Shown here: piece after piece, positions 9,454-18,587 of the stretch
How the letters are laid out: each line of letters starts with the position of its first letter
Numbering within the stretch: position 1 is the stretch's first letter
From: Chthonomonadaceae bacterium
GTDB taxonomy: Bacteria; Armatimonadota; Chthonomonadetes; Chthonomonadales; Chthonomonadaceae
Direction: 5' to 3'
DNA: 35,601 bases
Assembly (NCBI GenBank): GCA_035650735.1
Contig: DASRGZ010000223.1
Span: 1-35,601 of the forward strand
The notes under the pieces: generated by a model
Databases searched by the model: none
Seen by the model: only the letters and a program-made list of their open reading frames with translations
What the model was told of the DNA's origin: nothing
Position numbers and translations under genes: made by a program

Positions 9454-9602
9454 TCAACAGGATGAACAGGATTAGACAGGATTTACAGGATGAAGACAAA
9501 GACAGAAATATAGGGCTTGTATGGGTCATAGAGACAGAAGCAGAGATTGGGTAGGTTTTAGAAATCCTGTTTAATCCTGTAAAATCCTGTTCATCCTGTT
9601 GA
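9454..9602. repeat. Fold-back element with tandem ACAGGAT units in inverted arms
   Basis: TCAACAGGATGAACAGGATT (9454-9473) is the exact reverse complement of 9583-9602. Each arm has four ACAGGAT units. Confidence 0.85.
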
Positions 9603-9628
9603 AAGGTTTTTCTAGCGCAGCGGGTGGT

Positions 9629-10528
9629 TTAGATTAAACCGTAGTCGGCCAGAGCGGTGCGCAGGATGCTGCGCTCCTTATCGTTGGCTTCGACCAGGGG
9701 CAGGCGCACGCCGCCGACATCCAGGCCCAGCATATTCAGGCCGGCCTTCACGGGCACGGGGCTGGGGGTCGTGGGCTGGAAGCAGGCGCGGACAATCGGC
9801 AGCATTTTCGCGTTCAGGCAGGCCGCCTCGCCCGTGCGTCCGGCAAAGAAAGCCGTATGCATCGCCTTCATGTCCTTGCCGACCAGGTGTGCGGTCACGC
9901 TGACCACGCCGACTCCGCCGATGGCGAGCAGGGGCAGGGTCAGGCCGTCCTCGCCGCTATAGACCGCAAAATCCCCCGGCGCGCTGGCTATGATCTCCGC
10001 CGCCTGCATCAGATTCCCGGACGCCTCCTTGATGGCGACGATGTTGGGCACGTCGCGGGCCAGGCGCAAGGTGGTCGCCGCGTCCATGTTCTGCGCGGTG
10101 CGCGGGGGCACGTTGTAGAGCATACAGGGCAGATTCGGCACGCTTTCGGCGATGGCGCGGAAGTGCTGATACAGGCCCTCCTGCGAGGGCTTATTGTAGG
10201 GAGGGACTACCAGCAGCGCCCCATCCACGCCGATCTCCGCCGCTTCCTGGGTGATCGTGATGCTGCTGGCCGTGTCGTAGTTGCTGGTTCCGGCGATGAT
10301 TTTAGCTCGCCCGCCCGCCGTCTCCGTGACCAAGCGGAACAGGCGCAGCTTCTCCTCGTGCGTCAGGGTCGGGGATTCGCCGGTGGTGCCGCAGACCACG
10401 AGACCGTCGGAGCCGTTGTCCAGCAGGTGGTTAACCAGGCGCACGGTCGCCGGCTCGTTGATCTGGCCCTGGGCGTCGAACGGCGTCACCATCGCCGTCA
10501 ACACCTGTCCAAAAATAGCCTTGCCCAT
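9629..10528 (-). CDS. dapA: 4-hydroxy-tetrahydrodipicolinate synthase
   Basis: Motifs TAMVTPF, CGTTGESPTL, PPYNKP, LYNVPPRT and IVAIKEASG (Schiff-base Lys). Lies between asd and rnj. Confidence 0.95.
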   Translation of the reverse strand: MGKAIFGQVLTAMVTPFDAQGQINEPATVRLVNHLLDNGSDGLVVCGTTGESPTLTHEEKLRLFRLVTETAGGRAKIIAGTSNYDTASSITITQEAAEIGVDGALLVVPPYNKPSQEGLYQHFRAIAESVPNLPCMLYNVPPRTAQNMDAATTLRLARDVPNIVAIKEASGNLMQAAEIIASAPGDFAVYSGEDGLTLPLLAIGGVGVVSVTAHLVGKDMKAMHTAFFAGRTGEAACLNAKMLPIVRACFQPTTPSPVPVKAGLNMLGLDVGGVRLPLVEANDKERSILRTALADYGLI

Positions 10529-10551
10529 CGCACCCTTCCTCCTAAAACTTA

Positions 10552-10653
10552 TTTAGACAGGATAAACAGGATTTACTGGATTAGAGCTAGAGGGAGAAGC
10601 AGAGCTTGTGCTGATTTGTAGCAATCCGGTTAATCCCGTTAATCCTGTCTAAA
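10552..10653. repeat. Second, more degenerate ACAGGAT fold-back element
   Basis: TTTAGACAGGAT (10552-10563) pairs with ATCCTGTCTAAA (10642-10653). Each arm has three units. Confidence 0.8.
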
Positions 10654-10655
10654 AG

Positions 10656-11675
10656 TTAAACCGTGACGAGGTGCATCCACTTCTCGGCGATCTGAATGGC
10701 GTTGAGGGCGGCGCCTTTGAGGATCTGGTCGCCGGAGACGAACAGATCGAGGGCGTCATCGTTGGAGAGGTCGTAGCGCAGGCGGCCCACCAGCACCTCG
10801 TCGCGCCCGCTGGCCTCTAGAGGCATCGGGAAGTGGTTGGCCTCGCGGTCGTCCACAATAGCGACGCCGGGGAACGTGCTTAGCGCCTCGCGAACTGCCG
10901 CCAGCGAGGGCCGCTGGCCCGGCGCGAATTCGATATTGACGCTCTCGGAGTGGGCGCGCACCACCGGCACGCGCACGCAGGTAGCCGTGATCTTGAGCGT
11001 CGGGTCATGTAGGATCTTGCGCGACTCGTAGATCATCTTGCGCTCTTCCTCATTGTAGCCCGTCTCATCTATCTTGGAGTTATGGGCAAAGAGGTTGAAC
11101 GCAATGGGATGCGGGAAGACCTGGGGGGTAATGGGCCGCTCATGCAGAACGGCGTGCGTCTGATCAATAAGCTCCTGCATGGCCTGTGCGCCCGCGCCGC
11201 TGGCGGCCTGGTAGGTGGAGACGACGATACGACGAATGGGAGCCAGTTGGCGCAGCGGGGCCACGGCCATGAGCAGGATGATGGTGGAGCAGTTGGGATT
11301 GGCGATGATGCCGTGCTGGGCGGCGAGGTCCTCCGGGTTGATCTCCGGGACGACCAGCGGCACGTCCGGGGCCATGCGGAAGGCCGACGAGTTATCAATC
11401 ACGACGGCTCCGGCGGCCACGGCGGCGGGCGCAAACTCGCGGCTGCGGGAGGCCCCGGCCGAGAAGAAGGCGATGTCCATATCCGCAAACGAGTCGGCGG
11501 TGAGCTGCTCGACGGTATACGGCTTATTCCGTAACGTCAGCACACGCCCTGCCGAGCGTTCTGAGGCCAGCAGGCGCAGCGCGCCAAGCGGAAATTCGCG
11601 CGTCTCCAACAGATGCAAAAACTCGGTGCCAACCGCGCCCGTCGCGCCGACGATGGCGACATTATAGGTCTTCAT
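10656..11675 (-). CDS. asd: Aspartate-semialdehyde dehydrogenase
   Basis: Motifs VGATGAVG, IDNSSAFRM, IANPNCST (catalytic Cys), STYQAASGAG, TCVRVPV and KGAALNA. Confidence 0.96.
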   Translation of the reverse strand: MKTYNVAIVGATGAVGTEFLHLLETREFPLGALRLLASERSAGRVLTLRNKPYTVEQLTADSFADMDIAFFSAGASRSREFAPAAVAAGAVVIDNSSAFRMAPDVPLVVPEINPEDLAAQHGIIANPNCSTIILLMAVAPLRQLAPIRRIVVSTYQAASGAGAQAMQELIDQTHAVLHERPITPQVFPHPIAFNLFAHNSKIDETGYNEEERKMIYESRKILHDPTLKITATCVRVPVVRAHSESVNIEFAPGQRPSLAAVREALSTFPGVAIVDDREANHFPMPLEASGRDEVLVGRLRYDLSNDDALDLFVSGDQILKGAALNAIQIAEKWMHLVTV

Positions 11676-11775
11676 GGGAGGAACTCGCTTTCCTGAAGGT
11701 CATCAAGTTTAAGCATAAGTGTACCGCATCGCTTGCCCTCCCGTCAACCGTAAAAATGCCCGGCAGCCTGCCAGG

Positions 11776-12408
11776 TCAGCCGCCACCGGAGCCAGACTTC
11801 AGCGGCTCGCCGTGCCAGCGCTCTAAGGCCCAATCGCGGATCTGGCAGGCTACGGCGGAGACCGGCGTTTGCGTGGTATCCAGGGTCCGCAGCGGTGGAT
11901 CAAAGGCCGTTTCGGCGTGCTCCAGGAGCCAATGCGCGAACTGCTGCTGCTCGGCAAGGAAGGCTTCCGTACAGCCCCGCCAGGCAGGCCGCGCCCGCAA
12001 GCGCGCCGCACGCGTGGGGTCGTCGCAGTGCAGGTTGAGGTAGTAGACTTGGCGGAAAAAGGGCCGGTGATCACATCGGTCTATATCTTCCGGCAGCATC
12101 ATGCCGCACAGGAGCGTCGGGCGACCGCTCTGGGCGATGCTGTGGGCGATGCGCAGCCAGTTATTGCGCACCTGCTGCCAGTCCGCGCCCCAGATAACAT
12201 CGGTCTCGAAGATTTCCCATTCGGGAAGGAGGCGGCGCAGTTCCCGGACGACCGCAGTTTTGCCCGCGCCGCTGGCCCCGGTCACGATGAACAGCGGCAG
12301 GATGCGCATCGGCTCTCTGTGACCGCAATCGGGGCAGCGGATGGCCTGCGCGTCCGTATCCACAAGAGGCTGAATATAGCCCCCGCAACCCTCGCATACG
12401 ATAGCCAT
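11776..12408 (-). CDS. P-loop nucleoside/nucleotide kinase-like protein with an N-terminal zinc ribbon
   Basis: CEGC and CPDC pairs, Walker A GASGAGKT, and a lid-like RAARLRAR segment. Confidence 0.7.
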   Translation of the reverse strand: MAIVCEGCGGYIQPLVDTDAQAIRCPDCGHREPMRILPLFIVTGASGAGKTAVVRELRRLLPEWEIFETDVIWGADWQQVRNNWLRIAHSIAQSGRPTLLCGMMLPEDIDRCDHRPFFRQVYYLNLHCDDPTRAARLRARPAWRGCTEAFLAEQQQFAHWLLEHAETAFDPPLRTLDTTQTPVSAVACQIRDWALERWHGEPLKSGSGGG

Positions 12409-12524
12409 CGCTTTTACACTTTATCCGAATCGGGCATGATCACCGTCAGTATGGACGATCCCGCGATCCCGGAGGGAGAAAGCTGACGGATAGGGTATAC
12501 TACCGGATCGGAGGTGCCTCTCCT

Positions 12525-13088
12525 ATGTCCAGCATGGAAAACACAGACCCCGCGCCGCTCCTGCCCGACCTGCTGGCGCCCGGTCTCGACGTCATCTTCG
12601 TCGGCGCAGCGCCGAGCCTATCCGCCGCAGCGAGCGGGCACTATTACGCCGGGCCAACGAACAGATTCTGGCTTCTGCTTTACCAGGCGGGGTTTACGCC
12701 CCGCCAGTTCCGAGCGGAGGAGGATGGGGAGGTCCTCCGATACGGGATCGGGCTGACGGGCCTCTTCAAGCACATCGCCTCCAGCGCCAACCACCTGCTG
12801 CCGCCGCCGACCGAGACGCAGCGAGCGCACCTGCGGGAGAAGCTGCTGGCCCACGCGCCGGGGTTCGTGTGCTTCAACGGCAAGGACGTATACGCCCTGG
12901 CAACCGGCCGCCTCTGCATGGATTGGGGCGAGCAGGAAGAGCGGATCGGAGAGGCCCGCGTCTACGTCGTCCACAGCTCCAGCGCCCGTGCCGATTTTTG
13001 GGGCCGCGAGCGCCTGGCCCTCTATAAGGAGCTGAAGGAACTGATCGGTGGATGGCGCGCATGCCAGAGATCCGAACTACACTCTTGA
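12525..13088 (+). CDS. mug: Mismatch-specific uracil-DNA glycosylase (MUG/TDG family)
   Basis: LPDLLAPGLDVIFVGAAPS...HYYAGPTNRFW...YGIGLT, FNGK and SSSAR. GGAGGTG RBS upstream. Confidence 0.85.
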   Translation: MSSMENTDPAPLLPDLLAPGLDVIFVGAAPSLSAAASGHYYAGPTNRFWLLLYQAGFTPRQFRAEEDGEVLRYGIGLTGLFKHIASSANHLLPPPTETQRAHLREKLLAHAPGFVCFNGKDVYALATGRLCMDWGEQEERIGEARVYVVHSSSARADFWGRERLALYKELKELIGGWRACQRSELHS

Positions 13089-13107
13089 GAGATCGGTAAA
13101 TAGAGTC

Positions 13108-14466
13108 ATGGATCGTCGTCAGTTTCTGCTCTCTCTTGCCCTCCTGGGCACGCCGCTTACCAAACCGAGGAACCGGCGGCGTGCCGGAACACAGAACGTC
13201 GCGTTGCCCCCGCTAACCCTCTCTCCGCCGCCCGGCAGCTACACAGGGGAGGCCCAACGGCTCACGGCCTTGATCTTCGGGCGCTTCTGGGACGCCAACG
13301 TGGGAATGTTTCGGGCGCCCGTCCGCAGCGCCGAGACGGTAGACAGCGACCCCCCGCACCAGAACGGCTACACCTTCTGGCCTTCGCTGCTGGCGTTCCA
13401 TACCCTCGTTGAAGGCGAAAAGATCCGCCGGGGCCGGTACAAAGCCCGCATGGCCCAGGTCTACAGGGGGCTGGAGCAGTACTACGACCCCCAGAAGCAT
13501 GCCTACAATGCCTGGCGGCACTTTCCTGGCAACAACGACACCTATTATGATGACAACGCCTGGGGCGTGACCACGCTCGTCGCGGCCTATGAAGCGACGG
13601 GGGACGCCGCCTATCGAGACCGGGCACAGCAGGTCATGGAGGGCTTCGTCTCTGGGGGCTGGGACCCAACGGACACCCCCGGCGGCGTGCGCTGGGGAAC
13701 CGACCCGACCAAGCCGCATACGGCCGACAAGACCGCCTCCGCAACGGCGGGAGCCGCCCTGGCCGCGTTGGGGCTGGCGCGGCTGGGTATCCACCGAGCC
13801 TCCAACATCGCCTGGGCGCAGAGCGCCCTCACCTGGCTCCAGCGGCATCTTCAGGACAAAGACGGCTTGATCCGCGACGGCTTGCAGGCCCCCACCTGGA
13901 CGGTGATGCCGACGAAATGGACCTACAATACCGGCGTCCCTATCCGCGCCTACGTGGAACACTACCGCCTCACCCACGATCCGGCTAGCCTCGAGGCAGC
14001 CAAGCGCCTGGCCCGCGCAGCCACGGATCGCAACAAAGCGCTCTACGACCAGCTCGTTCGTGACCCGGAGCGCCGGTTCTTCTACGACAGCTCGTTTTTC
14101 GTGCATTACCTGGCCGACGGCCTGCTGGCGTTGTATCGAGTGACCCAGGATGCCGCCCTGCTGGACGAGGTGAAGCGTAACGCCAACTACGCCTATGCCT
14201 ACTTGCGTGATCCCACCGACGGCCTCTATTTTCGCAACTTTCGGCTCTGGCGGATCGGAGAAGCGCAGTACCAGGCATGGCGGCGGCTGACCGGCCAGGA
14301 GCACCGCCGGGAGCCCGACGCTGCGGAGCGCTCCCAAGCGGACAAAGACACGCGCCTTCCGGTGTCCGCGCGCCCTTTAGTCAAGACGCTTCTGGCCAAC
14401 GCCGGCTGTGCCCGGCTGTTCTGGCTGCTGGCCCAGGTCCAGACGGTCCCGCATCCTTCCTCTTGA
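13108..14466 (+). CDS. Tat-exported glycoside hydrolase family 76 (alpha-1,6-mannanase-like)
   Basis: Twin-arginine signal MDRRQFLL at ATG 13108, catalytic YYDDNAW, GGVRW and WTYNTG. Confidence 0.85.
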   Translation: MDRRQFLLSLALLGTPLTKPRNRRRAGTQNVALPPLTLSPPPGSYTGEAQRLTALIFGRFWDANVGMFRAPVRSAETVDSDPPHQNGYTFWPSLLAFHTLVEGEKIRRGRYKARMAQVYRGLEQYYDPQKHAYNAWRHFPGNNDTYYDDNAWGVTTLVAAYEATGDAAYRDRAQQVMEGFVSGGWDPTDTPGGVRWGTDPTKPHTADKTASATAGAALAALGLARLGIHRASNIAWAQSALTWLQRHLQDKDGLIRDGLQAPTWTVMPTKWTYNTGVPIRAYVEHYRLTHDPASLEAAKRLARAATDRNKALYDQLVRDPERRFFYDSSFFVHYLADGLLALYRVTQDAALLDEVKRNANYAYAYLRDPTDGLYFRNFRLWRIGEAQYQAWRRLTGQEHRREPDAAERSQADKDTRLPVSARPLVKTLLANAGCARLFWLLAQVQTVPHPSS

Positions 14467-14492
14467 GGCTCCCGAAGGTGACTAAGAGCGCA

Positions 14493-14548
14493 CTCCCTCT
14501 ACTGTGCAGGGAGAGGGCCGGGGTGAGGGGAGAGCCGCACTGCCAGGG
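14493..14548. repeat. Single degenerate A hairpin plus an isolated element-C left end
   Basis: CTCCCTCT...AGGGAGAGGGCCGGGGTGAGGGG, followed by CACTGCCAGGG at 14538-14548. Confidence 0.6.
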
Positions 14549-14578
14549 TTTGTTAGGGACTCTAAGCAATCGCCGCTT

Positions 14579-15625
14579 TCACAGCGCTTCGGCAACTTCG
14601 AAGAGCACTTTCCCGGATTGCCCGCTCTCCATCACAGCGAAGGCTTCCTCCGCCTGTTCCAGCGCAAACCGATGGGTGATGAGCCGCTCGAAGGGCAGAT
14701 TGTACTCGACCGTCCGCTGGATCAGCGCAGGAAAGTAGCGCAGCGGCGTCGCCGCAATCCCGATCAGGCGTATCTGCCCTCCAATGAAAAATCGGTCCGC
14801 GCTTAGGGTGAGCGGTTCGGAACCTAATCCTGCAAAGGCCACCCGCCCCCGCGTCGCTGCCATCTCCAGCGCCTGATGCCGCGTCTGCGCCAGCCCCACG
14901 CACTCGGCCACCACCTCACAGCCCCGCCCGCCCGACCAACGCCGAACCGCAGCGACCGGGTCTTCTCCGGTCGCGTCTACCGCGCAGTCCAGCCCCAGGG
15001 ACAGTGCCTGTTCCAATCGACGGGAGACGACATCTATGCCCACCGTTCGCACGCCCAGCGACTTGGCCAGGATCAGCAGACACTGTCCCACCGGCCCCAG
15101 GCCCACAATCGCCAGCCGGTCTTCGCCACCGAGGTCGGCTTCCCGGAGAGCCGTGTAGGCGGTGCCGCCCGCGCAGGTCAGCAGGGTAGCCGTTTCCAGA
15201 GACATCGCCTCCGGCAGGACGAAGACATTGCCGGCGGGCCAGACGATAGCGGTGGCATCACAGCCGTGCCGCTTCCAGCCAAGCCCAGAGACGCCCTGCT
15301 CGCAGGCGGTATTATAGCCCTGCCGGCACCAGGCGCAGCGACCGCAGCCCAGGACACCCGCCAGCAGGACGCGGCTGCCCACCTTCAGGCCGGTGACGCC
15401 CTCGCCGAGAGCGGCCACCCATCCGGCGGGCTCATGGCCGACGATGAGGGGCGAGCCATCGGCCAGCCGCTCAACATACTCGGCAGGCGCACGATACTTA
15501 TGGATGTCGGTGCCGCAGACGGCGGCCCGTGCGATCTTGATCAGCACCTCGCCTGGCCCCGGTTGCGGATCGGGAAACGCTTCCAACCGAAGCTGCCTGT
15601 CTCCCAGAAAAACCAGCCCTTGCAT
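14579..15625 (-). CDS. Zinc-dependent medium-chain alcohol/sugar dehydrogenase
   Basis: Motifs VCGTDIH, GHEPAG, CGRCAWC...C and GLGPVG. Start moved to ATG 15625 after an AAGGAG RBS. Confidence 0.9.
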   Translation of the reverse strand: MQGLVFLGDRQLRLEAFPDPQPGPGEVLIKIARAAVCGTDIHKYRAPAEYVERLADGSPLIVGHEPAGWVAALGEGVTGLKVGSRVLLAGVLGCGRCAWCRQGYNTACEQGVSGLGWKRHGCDATAIVWPAGNVFVLPEAMSLETATLLTCAGGTAYTALREADLGGEDRLAIVGLGPVGQCLLILAKSLGVRTVGIDVVSRRLEQALSLGLDCAVDATGEDPVAAVRRWSGGRGCEVVAECVGLAQTRHQALEMAATRGRVAFAGLGSEPLTLSADRFFIGGQIRLIGIAATPLRYFPALIQRTVEYNLPFERLITHRFALEQAEEAFAVMESGQSGKVLFEVAEAL

Positions 15626-15707
15626 GCTGTCCGCTCCTTGCGCGCTATCAAAGCCGTTCGGGACGTGAGTGAAGCGGTCCGAGCGGCGGCTCCGCCCTGG
15701 ATTTGGC

Positions 15708-16814
15708 TCATCGCCCGCTGGGGAACAGTTCGCCCACGTCCATTCCCAGGTCCCGCTCTGGCCCGGCATCCCGCTCATGCAGGATTAAGCGGCCTCCCGT
15801 GTAGGTGAGACGATCAACGCCCCGGTAATCTCGGGGAATCTTAAAGAGGAAGCAGGCAAAAGTCTTGGAGGTCGTCTCACCGGCATCCAGATACTCATAG
15901 AGCGAGCGCCCGAATATCCGTCCCTTAGCCACCAGGACGGAGAAGGGCTGGTGCAATCCTGTGGTGCCGAATTCCAGGCCGCGGGCCGCAGGCTTGCCCT
16001 TCTCTACGTTCCGCCAGGCACTGAACCAGGGATATTCCGCGGACTTCCAGAGGTAGCCGATCAGCAAGCCTCGTGAGGGATTGCAGGCGGCGACCCAGCC
16101 ATATTCCTCGTCAATCGTATAGGAAACCACGCTCGGATTGGCGTCGTTGGTCAAATAGCGCATGTTCACCGGCTGGCCATCCTGGCGCGCTTCCGGCCAG
16201 TAAACGGCTGGCTCTTCGGGATTAGGCAAAGGGCTACTCTGCATGAAGCCTCGGCGCGCATTGGCATCTACGACGGTATGTTCGTCCAGAAACGGCGGGC
16301 CAATCGTCGGATGCTGCACCATATTGAAGAGGCGTCCCAGCTTGTTAGCGTTGGTGACTTCCTCCCTGACGATAAAGAAAGCATCGGTAACGGATAACTG
16401 GATCCGGCGTTTAACTTTCAATCCTGCCAACGGCAGGGTCGCGGTCATTTCGGCCTGAACTTTCCCGTCTCTCTCTATCGGCGCCTGCACCACTTGCCAC
16501 TCGACATGGGCGGCTTCGCCATGAAAGGGCATGCCATTCTTCGCTTCCGCCTCCGAGGGAGCGCCCCAGCGATCTAGACAGAGGAAATGCCCCATCGGGT
16601 GGGGAGCCATCGACTCATCTACTGCCCCCCATTCGAGCGGATTGAGCCCCTGGCTGCGGAGGTGGAAATTGGTGAACGATCCACCGCCGATGTCCACAAC
16701 GAGTTGAGCCGTCTGGCCTTCCAGCACCAGGGAGCGCCGGCCTTTGATAATCGGCTGGGCCTTGCTGAAGGGAACGGCATAGAGAAACGTGACCAGGAGC
16801 ATAAACGTCACCAT
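15708..16814 (-). CDS. Secreted hypothetical protein, possibly galactose-mutarotase-like beta-sandwich
   Basis: Signal peptide, MPFHGEA, NMVQHPTIG and RGLEFGT resemble aldose-epimerase-fold motifs. GGGAGG RBS upstream. Confidence 0.6.
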   Translation of the reverse strand: MVTFMLLVTFLYAVPFSKAQPIIKGRRSLVLEGQTAQLVVDIGGGSFTNFHLRSQGLNPLEWGAVDESMAPHPMGHFLCLDRWGAPSEAEAKNGMPFHGEAAHVEWQVVQAPIERDGKVQAEMTATLPLAGLKVKRRIQLSVTDAFFIVREEVTNANKLGRLFNMVQHPTIGPPFLDEHTVVDANARRGFMQSSPLPNPEEPAVYWPEARQDGQPVNMRYLTNDANPSVVSYTIDEEYGWVAACNPSRGLLIGYLWKSAEYPWFSAWRNVEKGKPAARGLEFGTTGLHQPFSVLVAKGRIFGRSLYEYLDAGETTSKTFACFLFKIPRDYRGVDRLTYTGGRLILHERDAGPERDLGMDVGELFPSGR

Positions 16815-16901
16815 AGGTCATTTCCTCCCGCGTAGAGTAGGCGAATAGGTCGGGGGTATCCAGATATCCAATTGCTCCTGCTTCAAACCTAGTACCGAGG
16901 C

Positions 16902-16973
16902 TTAGAGCCTCGTTGAGAGCGGTCCGAGCGGCCCGGGATCGCCCTGACAGATAAAGGCGCCCCAGAAGCGTGG
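16902..16973 (-). pseudogene. Probable remnant of the last codons of a CHAT-domain gene
   Basis: The minus strand reads PRFWGAFICQGDPGPLGPLSTRL*, matching the P-x-(Y/F)-W-x-A-F-x-x-x-G-D signature that ends CHAT domains. The frame is closed by TGA at 17022-17024. Confidence 0.5.
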
Positions 16974-17055
16974 AACGTCTCCTGACGGGAGTGGTGGTTC
17001 AATGAGCGCGGCGAGGTGGTCTCAGGACGAGGGAATTGAGCCCATTGGCCTGGGC

Positions 17056-17270
17056 GCGGAGGACTTAGGCATCCTCTTCAGGACGGAACTAGCGGGGCGT
17101 GAGCCCGGCCTGGTAGAGCAGCAGCGAGAATTTGTTAGGTGGGGCCGGCATAGTAGTGCCCGATAGCTGCCGAAGAGAGACTGGACGCGGCCCCGACACA
17201 GATTACATCCAGGCCGGGCGTGACGAATGTCCGGCAATAGCGGTCGGTCAAAAAGCTCCGCTTCCTCCAC
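17056..17270 (-). pseudogene. mug: Truncated, frameshifted mug paralogue
   Basis: Reconstructs as MEEAELFDRPLLPDI/VTPGLDVICVGAASSLSSAAIGHYYAGPT/NKFSLLLYQAGLTPR*FRPEEDA*VLR, with two +1 frameshifts and stops at 17089-91 and 17065-67. Colinear with the protein at 12525. Confidence 0.9.
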
Positions 17271-17273
17271 GGC

Positions 17274-17591
17274 TTAAGGAGTCTGCTTCTGTTTCTGCTG
17301 CTCCCTCCAGGCGGAGGCAATCGAGGCCGGACCAAAGCCGTGGGAAATCTTCTGTACCTTGGCCTGATCTTCCGGGCTGAGCTTATTAAAATCGCCCTGT
17401 GCCTCCTGGGCCTTCTGGTTAATAAAGTTAATGTCCTGTGTGGGCGGGGGAGGCAGCGGCCCCGCATGGGGCGGCGCGAACGCCACCCAGGCCCGCCATG
17501 CTAGAAACGCCAGCAGCGCCACGGCGGCGAGCACAACCACGACCGGCGATACTTTCTGCCCCGACGCGGGTTTGCTGGAACGCACGCTCAT
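17274..17591 (-). CDS. Small single-pass membrane protein downstream of the prepilin-like gene
   Basis: AGGAGGAG RBS, one hydrophobic helix (VVVVLAAVALLAFLAW) and a Pro-rich linker. Confidence 0.75.
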   Translation of the reverse strand: MSVRSSKPASGQKVSPVVVVLAAVALLAFLAWRAWVAFAPPHAGPLPPPPTQDINFINQKAQEAQGDFNKLSPEDQAKVQKISHGFGPASIASAWREQQKQKQTP

Positions 17592-17699
17592 ATCTGGTAC
17601 TCCTCCTGCATAACTTGACTACGACTCCGAAGACGGATCGTTCCCCGCCGTCGCGGCAGACGACAGGGAACGGTCGCGAAAGCTGGGTTGCCTTCCCGG

Positions 17700-18587
17700 C
17701 TAGAGGCCGGTGGTCCACTCCGTAATGCTGTTGATGCTGTTCAGGACATCCTGCTTGGACTGCGCGCCCGTGTAGCCGCCGCCCCAGTCCGTGTTGGGAG
17801 CAAACGCATCCCACAGGTCGTCGGCAACGGATTTTTGCAGGCGCAGGGTCTTGACATGGCCGTCAAAGAAGGCGAAATTGGTCATGCCGCCATGATGCCC
17901 CGAGATGCAGCCGGTGGGCTGTCCGCCGGCGGGAATGCCGTCGGGAGTGCATTCATAGCCCATCGCCTGCCACCAGATCTCCGGGAAGAACATGCGCGTC
18001 TCCGCGAGCATGATGGTGTTAGCCGGCTGCTGGAGCAGGGCCAAAGAGCCGCCGGGGTTCACGCTGCCCGGGGTGATCTCCGGCCAGAAAGCGCCCTCCC
18101 GATTGGCCTCGTTGTGGCCCGCATGGAAGTTGATGGCATAGCCGCGCGGATAGCGGGTTGTCTCGTCGCCCGGCTCGCCCGGACCAAAGTTGCCCCAGTA
18201 GACCGCTTTCTGCGCCGACCAGGAGGCGGTATTCTCCGGACACTCGAAGATGCCTCCATTGCCGGGGGTCGTATAGGTCTGGCCGTTATTGTAGGGGCGA
18301 CCGCCGCTCTTGATATAGGGCTCGACCAGGTCCTTCCAGATGATCTCCTGGCCGCTGAACCAGGCCGCGTTATCGGTGAACTCGCGCTTGGGCGTTCCCG
18401 CCTCGTCGTAGTCCTGGAAATACATCATCTCGCCCAGGCTGACCTGCTTCATGTTGGAGAGGCAGGTGGTCTTGCGCGCCTGCGCGCGGGCCTGCGCAAA
18501 GACCGGGAACAGGATGGCTGCTAGGATGGCTATGATAGCAATAACCACTAGCAGTTCAATCAACGTAAAACCGAACCGTTTCTTCAT
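17700..18587 (-). CDS. Prepilin-type N-terminal cleavage/methylation protein with H-X9-DG-type C-terminal motif (DUF1559-like)
   Basis: [33 protein letters not shown]...CLSNMKQ and [19 protein letters not shown] 18587 follows GAAGGGG. Confidence 0.92.
   Translation of the reverse strand: MKKRFGFTLIELLVVIAIIAILAAILFPVFAQARAQARKTTCLSNMKQVSLGEMMYFQDYDEAGTPKREFTDNAAWFSGQEIIWKDLVEPYIKSGGRPYNNGQTYTTPGNGGIFECPENTASWSAQKAVYWGNFGPGEPGDETTRYPRGYAINFHAGHNEANREGAFWPEITPGSVNPGGSLALLQQPANTIMLAETRMFFPEIWWQAMGYECTPDGIPAGGQPTGCISGHHGGMTNFAFFDGHVKTLRLQKSVADDLWDAFAPNTDWGGGYTGAQSKQDVLNSINSITEWTTGL

Noticed and set aside
6862..9465. 867-aa plus-strand ORF and other long antisense ORFs (474-1694, 13213-14337, 17688-18524, 32293-33894)
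   Set aside because: They lie opposite well-supported genes and show no family motifs. Long shadow ORFs are expected in GC-rich DNA.
12540..17270. mug and its partial copy as a diversity-generating retroelement VR/TR pair
   Set aside because: Differences are mostly synonymous third positions rather than adenine-specific, and there is no reverse transcriptase in the window.
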